Positions 55,958 to 64,000 of a stretch of 64,000 bases of DNA are shown one piece after another. Origin of the DNA: Macrostomum lignano (lineage: Eukaryota); contig NIVC01000556.1 in assembly GCA_002269645.1 (NCBI GenBank), forward strand, positions 186,001 to 250,000, in the 5' to 3' direction. The notes beneath the pieces are model-generated. The model ran no database searches. It saw only the letters and a list, made by a program, of their open reading frames with translations, and had not been told where the DNA came from. How positions within the stretch are numbered: the first letter of the stretch is position 1; the number at the start of each line of letters is the position of its first letter. The position numbers and the translations under genes are program-made.

Positions 55958-58900
55958 TCATTCATCATCCCCAGCAGCCAAAAGCTGCATCGCATCCTCT
56001 GGAGACACATTTCTTCCCGTGAGCACAACGCACAGACCCCCCACTGGAGGCTGCTCCAGCCGGTCAAATAGCAGAGCCGCTAGTCCAGCGCAGGCGCTCG
56101 GCTCCACAATCAGGCCGAGGTTGCGCGCCAGCTGGCGCTGACAGGCGCCAATTTCGGCGTCGCTAACTAGCAGCGAGCGAGCGCCAAAATGGCGCAAATG
56201 TCGGTAGGCGTTGGCGCCGGCGTAGGGTGGCGCCAGGCCGCCAGCTATGGATCGCGCCTGCGGCATCAAGGCTGGCCGATCCTGGATGAGAGGTCGGGTT
56301 CCATTGTGCACTGACACAGGCTGCTCACAACCTTGACCCAGAATGCTCACACACTTGACCCAGGCTGCTCACACACTGATGACACAGACTGCTCACAACC
56401 TTGAACCAGACTTCTCACAACATTGACCCAGACTGCTCACACCCTTAATACAGACTGCTCATACCCTTGAACTAGACTGCTCATACCCTTGACCCAGACT
56501 ACTCACAACCTTGACCCAGACTACTCACAACCTTGACCCAGACTACTCACAACCTTGACCCAGACTACTCACAACCTTGACCCATACTACTCACACCCTT
56601 GACCCAGACTGCTCACACACCCTTAACCAAGACTGCTCACACACCCTTAACCAAGACTGCTCACACACCCTTGACCAAGACCGCTCACACACCCTTAACC
56701 AAGACTGCTCACACACCCTTAACCAAGACTGCTCACACACCCTTAACCAAGACTGCTCACACCCTTAACCAAGACTGCTCACACACCCTTAACCAAGACT
56801 GCTCACACACCCTTAACCAAGACTGTTCACACACCCTTAACTAAGACTGCTCACACACCCTTAACCAAGACTGTTCACACACCCTTAACTAAGACTGCTC
56901 ACACACTTGACCCAGACTGCACACACTTTTGACACAGATTGCTTACACCCACCTCAACCTCCATGTCAGCCACCCCAACCTCCATCTCACCCACCTTACC
57001 TCCTTGTCACCCACCACAACCTTCATCTCACCTACCCCAGCCTCCATGTCAGCCACCCCAACCTCCATGTCAGCCACCCCAACCTCCATGTCAGCCACCC
57101 CAACCTCTATCTCACCCATCCCAACCTCCATGTCACCCACCCCAACCTCCATTTCACCCACCCCAACCTCCATGTCACCCACTCCAACTTCTATATTACC
57201 CACCTCAACCTCCATGTCAGCCACCCCAACCTCCATCTCACCCACCTTACCTCCTTGTCACCCACCACAACCTTCATCTCACCTACCCCAGCCTCCATGT
57301 CAGCCACCCCAACCTCCATGTCAGCCACCCCAACCTCCATGTCACCAACCCCAACCTCTATCTCACCCATCCCAACCTCCATGTCACCCACCCCAACCTC
57401 CATTTCACCCACCCCAACCTCCATGTCACCCACTCCAACTTCTATATTACCCACCCCAACCTCAATGTCACCCACACCAACTTCCATATCACCCACCCCA
57501 ACCTCCATGTCACCCACTCCAACTTCTATATTACCCACCCCAACCTCAATGTCACCCACACCAACTTCCATATCACCCACCCCAACCTCCATGTCACCCA
57601 CTCCAACTTCTATATTACCCACCCCAACCTCAATGTCACCCACACCAACTTCCATATCACCCACCCCAACCTCCATGTCACCCACCCCAACCTCCATGTC
57701 ACCCACCCCAACCTCCATGTCACCCACCCCAACCTCCATGTCACCCACTCCAACTTCTATATTACCCACCCCAACCTCAATGTCACCCACACCAACTTCC
57801 ATATCACCCACCCCAACCTCCATGTCACCCACCCCAACCTCCATGTCACCCACCCCAACTTCAATGTCACCCACCCCAACCTCAATGTCACCCACACCAA
57901 CTTCCATGTCACCCACCCCAACCTCAATGTCACCCACACCAACTTCCATATCACCTACCCCAACCTCCATGTCACCCACCCCATTCCCCAACCTGTTCAA
58001 AGCTCAGCCGCATAGTACAAGCTGTTTCAGGCTCCACAGCGTACACGACAGGAGATCGCGGTTCTTCATCAGCCGAGCGGCCATTTTCATGCAGCCGAGA
58101 TTTCGAGGACAAAGCTAAGGCGGCCGCAACCCCAGCTGAGAGGCCGCCGCCACCGCAGCCAAGTAGAACAGTGTCAACCTTGAACGAATTTGTTTAAATC
58201 GATTTAAAAACAGGAGTACATGTAATTTGCGCTCACTGCCATTGTCAGTAGACAAAAAAGGACATGCTAGACTGCATATATAGACTTCTAAGCAATTCTT
58301 ATCCAACCCGTACCTGAGACAGCTGTTCCAGCAGTTCGAGACCCAAACTGGCGTGTCCGGCAATCAGTGGCCGATCATCGAACGGGTGCAGGAACTGGTA
58401 GCCTTCGTTGGCCACCTTGGCGTCAACGCGTGACTGCAGCTCGGAACTGGGGCAGGTCTCCACTAGGACGCCTTGGCTCTGGTAAGGAGATAGATATGAT
58501 AATAATTCCAGTCTGCCTCCTGAGCATGAATACTTAAAAGCGCGCCAATACTGCACTGCACAGGGTGTTCAGCGGCCCTGACTTTCTAATCGTCAGGCAT
58601 GTGCACTCTCTGTGCCTTGGGGGCTGGCCCTCCTGGGCTGTCAATCGCAGACAGAAAGACAGACAAAACAAAAAGACAGACACCCAGACACTAAGACAAC
58701 AGACAGACAGACAGACGGACACACAGACAGACAGACACTAAGACAGACAGGCAGACAGACACTACGACAGACACTAAGACAGACAGGCAGACAGACACTA
58801 CGACAGACAGACAGACAGACAGACACTACGACAGACAGACAGACAGACATTACGACAGACAGATAGACAGACACTACGACAGACAGACAGACAGACACTA

Positions 58901-59539
58901 CGACAGACAGACAGACAGACACTAAGACAGACAGGCAGACCGACAGACAGACAGACACACAGACAGACACTACGACAGACAGACAGACACTAAGACAGAC
59001 AGGCAGACCGACACAACGACAGACAGACAGACAGACAGACAGAGACAGAAAGACAGACAGACAGACAGACAGACAGGCAGGCAGACAGACACACAGAAAG
59101 ACAGACAGGCAGACAGACACTACGACAGACAGGCAGACAGACACAGCAGGCTCACCCGGATGTGATCAACCCGGTGCCGCGGAGCAGAGTCTGGCATCAG
59201 CACCAGGCCGTGAAGGCGCCGAGCTTGGCAGACGGCAGCAAAGGAGCGGCCGTAGTTGCCAGCCGACATTGTCACCAGCTTGGGGCCGCTGCCGGCGCCA
59301 GTCAACCCGGCGAGCTGCACGGCCAGACCCCGCGGTTTAAACGAGCCGGTCAGCTGGGCGCACTCCAGCTTCAGGTGCAAACGGTAGCCAACATCGGCGG
59401 GCAGGCCCAGCAGTTGCGGATCAACGTCAGTTAAAATTGGGGTACGACGGATTAAACCGGAGCTTTGAACTGTTGCGTAGGCGTCTGACAGGTCATTTAA
59501 GGTCAATAGTGGAGCATCTGGGTTGTAGGCGGCAGCCAT
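55958..59539 (-). CDS. Fold-type II PLP enzyme, serine/threonine dehydratase (serine racemase-like family), 352 aa, 4 exons
   Basis: Exons 59539-59156, 58478-58314, 58178-57993, 56281-55958, all phase 0, GT-AG. Motifs RRTP, LKLECAQLTGSFKPRG (PLP lysine), TMSAGNYG, HPFDD..LIAGH, GCGGGGL, VEPE, VEPSACAGLAA, LTGRNV. Confidence 0.93.
56300..56935. repeat. ~22-24-bp array (CCTTAACCAAGACTGCTCACACAC)
   Basis: Direct periodicity, 3' part of dehydratase intron 3. Confidence 0.9.
56940..57985. repeat. 21-bp array (CCACCCCAACCTCCATGTCAC)
   Basis: 21-nt periodicity; yields spurious SPTPTSM/PPQPPCH/HPNLHVT ORFs. Confidence 0.95.
58552..58637 (-). mobile_element. Diverged SINE family B fragment
   Basis: cagcggccctgacttt...aggcatgtgcactct ctgtgccttgggggctggccc matches the other copies. 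Confidence 0.6.
58640..59146. repeat. (CAGA)n microsatellite with CACTACGA variants
   Basis: Direct; dehydratase intron 1. Confidence 0.96.
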
Positions 59540-59699
59540 AATTCATTGATTTTTCTGTTGCCTGATAATGGTCGCTTTCTTAACTAGAAAATTCAAAATC
59601 AATACATTTTGCATGCGGTCCAAGCGGTGCCGGTGTACTTTAAAAGTACTTTGTGGCTACATGTTGATTGTGGGGATATTCTTCTTGTTGTTTTATGGT

Positions 59700-60225
59700 G
59701 ATTTCTGTTGTGGTTTAAGGGCGATTTCTGTTGTGGTTTGAGGGCGATTTCTGTTGTGGTTTAAGGGCGATTTCTGTTGTGGTTTGAGGGCGATTTCTGT
59801 TGTGGTTTGAGGGCGATTTCTGTTGTGGTTTAAGGGCGATTTCTGTTGTGGTTTGAGGGCGATTTCTGTTGTGGTTTGAGGGCGATTTCTGTTGTGTTTT
59901 GAGGGCGATTTCTTTTGTGGTTTGAGGGTGATTTCTGCTGTGGTTTGGGGGCGATTTCTGTTGTCGTTTGAAGGCGATTTCTGTAGTGCTTTGAGGGCGA
60001 TTTCTGTTGTGGTTTAAGGGCGATTTCTGTTGTGGTTTGTGGGCGATTTCTGTTGTGGTTTGAGGGCGATTTCTGTTGTGGTTTAAGGGCGATTTCTGTT
60101 GTGGTTTGAGGGCGATTTCTGTTGTGGTTTGAGGGCGATTTCTGTTGTGGTTTAAGGGCGATTTCTGTTGTGGTTTGAGGGCGATTTCTGTTGTGGTTTG
60201 AGGGCGATTTCTGTTGTGTTTGTTT
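59700..60225. repeat. 23-bp minisatellite (GAGGGCGATTTCTGTTGTGGTTT)
   Basis: 23-nt periodicity, about 22 copies, just upstream of the dehydratase start. Confidence 0.95.
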
Positions 60226-60714
60226 TTGAGTTTTCATGTAATTAGAAGTCGAATTTCAACTAAATATAAGAAAAGTTTGAGCTTCACTGTTAATAATTTT
60301 ATCAATAATCAAGTGAATATATTAGTAAAATATATTAATATACTGCTATAGTAATATATATAGCATTTTTTAATAAGAACATTGATGCTTAAAGCAGATA
60401 AGTTGCGTGCAGATGCTTAATCTTAATTGTAGATCTTGTATTTAAAGTTAATTAGAAGACATCGCTTCAAAAAACATGGAATTACATAAATACAGCTATC
60501 TAGACTGTTTCGAATGAAATATTGAATATTCTGTGTGAATTTTTAATGACTGTAGACAGATGAATTGACCGCTGAAATAGCTGCGACAACAAAAAAGTGT
60601 CTAGTATCTACTTTACTACTTACTAGCCTATCGTTTAAGTAGATAATATACGTCCGAAAATAAAATGCAAAAAACTAAAAAAAAATCTACCAAGATTCCA
60701 AACTGTCAAGGTAC

Positions 60715-60875
60715 TCAGGTGTCTGGATACATAGATACATAGATTTCTAGATACCCAGGTGGCTAGATACCTAGGTGCCTCGATACCCAGGTGCCTAGAT
60801 ACCCAGGTGGCTAGATACCCAGGTGCCTAGATACCTGGACGTCTAGATACCCAGGTGCCTAGATACCTGGATGTG
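60715..60875. repeat. ~16-bp repeat (CCCAGGTGCCTAGATA)
   Basis: About 9 imperfect copies. Confidence 0.8.
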
Positions 60876-61096
60876 TCTATAAGAGAAATAAAAATTTAGT
60901 AAGTAATAGCAAGCGATACAATTGTCATTTAATCGCTAATCAAGTTAAAAAACGAATTTTGTATAAATTGAGTGAAGTTTTCACCATAAGATTGATTGTC
61001 CGTCCGACGATGGGAATAACCAACCTTTGTCCTTGGTCGTTATAAATAAAATATACTAAATAAAGTGGCAGCCTGAGTGCAAAATGGAAGTGGCTT

Positions 61097-61361
61097 TTAA
61101 GCAGCCGATTCAGTCTGATTTAAATTTTCCACGCGTCTGATGAGATCCGTTGGTGCCTCGCCGAGTTTCAGGAACACCAGACGACTGCTTCTGTGATGCA
61201 ATGCATTCAATTCCTTGCAGTATTCTTTTAATCTGTTTCCGAACTCCAGCATGTTCTCAGTCTGAAATTTATTGGTTTCAAGACAGATTCGATCATTTTA
61301 AATTGAGGAGACACTTGGGTACAATGGTTGACAGACAGACAGACAGTCAGACAGACATACT

Positions 61362-61411
<50 letters not shown>

Positions 61412-61414
61412 TAC

Positions 61415-61463
<49 letters not shown>

Positions 61464-62315
61464 GACAGACAGACAGACAGACAGGCAGACAGACAGACAG
61501 ACAGACACACAGACAGACACACAGACACAAAGCCGTCCTGACTCACGATATTCGGCATGGCAACCAGCACATCAGGCCGCAGAGCTGCCCGGCGCCGCTT
61601 CAGCAAGCCTCTTACAGCCGACCGCAGAGGCCGATAGTTCACCAAGCGAGGCGAAGCAAAAATTAAAATCCGTCTATAATGATTATTATCGCACTGGACA
61701 GACCGCCTATCCGTGACCACTCTGAAATGATCGCCATCTGGCTGACTGAGCCAACTGGATGGAAAATAGTCCTGACTGTCCTCAGGACAGCAAACGATTA
61801 GATAAGCCGGTTGATTCCCCCGATTTTGCTGCTGCTGCTGCTGCTGCTGCGGAAGCAGACTGGAATAAGTACCTTCATCGGCTTCTTCTTCTTCACTTTC
61901 TGCTGGAGCCGGTGGAAGCTGCCTGCCATGCTGTTGCTGCTGCTGCTGCTGCTGCTGCTGTTGTTGTTGTTGTTGTTGATGACGGCCCAGCTGGGTCACC
62001 TGGTCATTGGGCCTACGGGAACGGTCTGACTGCAACATGGCACAGCCAGCCGTCTTTGTCCCGCTCACCATAGGACAGGGGCCTTGCACCACCGCGTCGC
62101 CGCGTGAGTGTGCAGAGGGCATGTCGGCGAGCCTGCCACCAGGTCCACCAGGGTCTACCCCAGCAGAGGGGCCGTTATTCCAGCTTTCGTGTCCGTGGCC
62201 AGCGGACCTTCCACCCCACGCCTGACAGTCCAGCACTGGCGGCCAGCCCCGATGGGGTCTAGCCAGTGTCTGGAGCTGCTCGGAGGCCTGCTGGATGTGA
62301 GGCTGCTGCTGCTGC

Positions 62316-62369
<54 letters not shown>

Positions 62370-62402
62370 TGCTGTGGCTGCTGCTGTTGCTGCTGTTGCT
62401 GC

Positions 62403-62446
<44 letters not shown>

Positions 62447-63942
62447 CTGGGACACTGATAGATTAACACCGTAACTAAGATTGGCCATTTGAAAGGAGCC
62501 CGGATTCAGCTGAGCATCCGAGCCCAGACTGTGTCGGTCGTTGTCGTTCAAATTGTTTCGATCGCGACGATTATTGCCATTGTTGTTGCTATGGTAGCGG
62601 CCTCTTTCACCATTGGCCTCGATACTTCTGTTGGTTGTAGTGAAGTTTCGGGATGTAGTAGTGAAGTTTCGGGATCGTAGTGAAGTTTCGGGATTGTAGT
62701 GAAGTTTCGGGATTGTAGTGAAGTTTCGGGATTGTAGTGAAGTTTCGGGATTGTAGTAGTGATGTTTCGGGATTGTACAATAGTAGTGAAGTTTCGGGAT
62801 TGTAGTAGTGATGTTTCGGGATTGTACAATAGTAGTGAAGCTTCGGGATTGTAGTGAAGTTTCGGGATTGTAGTGAAGCTTCGGATTGTAGTGAAGCTTC
62901 GGGATTGTAGTGAAGCTTCGGGATTGTAGTGAAGCTTCGGGATTGTAGTGAAGTTTCGGGATGTAGTAGTGAAGTTTCGGGATTGTAGTGAAGTTTCGGG
63001 ATTGTAGTGAAGTTTCGGGATTGTAGTGAAGTTTCGGGATTGTAGTGAAGTTTCGGGATTGTAGTGAAGTTTCGGGATTGTAGTGAAGCTTCGGGATTGT
63101 AGTGAAGCTTCTGGATTGTAGTGAAGCTTCGGGATTGTAGTGAAGCTTCGGGATTTAAGTGGAAGTTTCGGATATGAAGTGAATTAACTCACTCTCTACT
63201 AACTGCAGACCAACATCGCCTTTTCCCTGTCCTCCAACAGTAGGCGATGAGGAATAAAACGATCAGAGATGCTAACACTACACCGACAACCACGCCGACA
63301 ATGGCACCGTTAGAAGTCGGTACCGGAGAGGCTTCTGCTGCCTGACAGGGGCAACCAGCCAGACTTTGCTTAGCGGCCACCTAAAATATTAATTTACAAG
63401 AACAGGTAAAATCTTTAGTTTTTGTTGTGGTAATTTAGTAAACTAGTAATCTCTAGTAATTAAAAATACGATTTGCTTCTTCATCTAGACACAGGTACAA
63501 CTTTTTCCACAATCCGAAAATTGGGATTTATAATTTGGGATTTAAATACTGTGGGGAATCATATAATTTGGGATTTGAATATTGTTGGGATTCATATAAT
63601 TTGGGATTTGAATATTGTTGGGATTCATATAATTTGGGATTTGAATATTGTTGGAATTCATATAATTTGGGATTTGAATATTGTTGGGATTTATAATTTG
63701 GGATTATGAATACGGTAGACAGTTCCAACAATGACCGCATGAAATTCCATACCTCGGGAGATTCAGTAGTCTTCGTTTTCTTTGGATAACTTAAAAACAA
63801 TTTTTGCAAACTTGGCACGCACAGGCAGGTGACTGGTGTTGCCAGGCTGTTGCCATGCAGTTTGAGCTCTTTCAGATGCTTCAGATAAGCAAGCCGCTCC
63901 GGTTGAATAGCCGTCAGTTTGTTTTTTTGTAAGTCCAGAATT
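61097..63942 (-). CDS. LRR-TM-polyQ-TIR-like single-pass receptor, 3' four exons (5' end outside window)
   Basis: Exons 63942-63753 ([34 protein letters not shown]: LRRs and capping Cys), 63380-63193 ([31 protein letters not shown], basic RTGKRR), 62627-61547 (N/Q-rich tail, then alternating beta/alpha domain), 61261-61097 (stop). Splice phases 0, 2, 0 are consistent. Confidence 0.8.
61325..61530. repeat. (CAGA)n microsatellite
   Basis: Direct; last intron of the LRR receptor. Confidence 0.95.
62637..63170. repeat. 19-bp minisatellite (GTAGTGAAGTTTCGGGATT)
   Basis: 19-nt periodicity filling the intron 62628-63192. Confidence 0.95.
63528..63705. repeat. 33-bp repeat (ATTTGGGATTTGAATATTGTTGGGATTCATATA), about 5 copies
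   Basis: Direct periodicity in intron 63381-63752. Confidence 0.9.
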
Positions 63943-64000
63943 CTGTCGGGAAAGGAAAAATAGAAAATTGAGGATAACAGGGAATTCAGATTAGTTATTA

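Noticed and set aside
56907-58197. Mucin-like SPTPTSM, PPQPPCH, HPNLHVT and GDMEVGV ORFs
   Set aside because: 21-bp array inside dehydratase intron 3; every frame is open.
61759-62680. Plus-strand poly-Ala/poly-Leu ORFs
   Set aside because: Antisense readings of the CAG/CAA polyQ tracts of the receptor exon.

Overview
Eukaryotic (invertebrate) genomic DNA. The GC-rich exons, minisatellite-filled introns and AT-rich spacers resemble the flatworm Macrostomum; this species call is an inference. Eight host genes can be assembled from GT-AG splice sites and reading frame. In order: a SIKE/FGFR1OP2-like coiled-coil gene (-, 5' part tentative); Pbx/extradenticle (+, 340 aa); an F-BAR-HR1-SH3 Toca-1/FNBP1/CIP4 gene (-, about 538 aa); a 166-aa MGCGASK-started Q/P/Y-rich protein with a PrP-like Ala/Gly tract (+); Smad1/5/Mad (+, with a 1-nt frameshift); a secreted PAN/apple + F-type lectin (+); a fold-type II PLP serine/threonine dehydratase-like gene (-); and the 3' part of an LRR-TM-polyQ-TIR-like receptor (-, runs off the window). 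Mobile DNA includes an intact 562-aa piggyBac element inserted at TTAA inside a tRNA-derived SINE, with the empty site visible in another SINE copy. There are also several hAT-type MITEs with 8-bp TSDs (some nested), a foldback element, a CORE-type SINE and a decayed LINE. About half of the introns carry their own tandem array, and most long ORFs in the supplied track are artefacts of these arrays. No CRISPR array, rRNA gene or credible intact tRNA gene was found.
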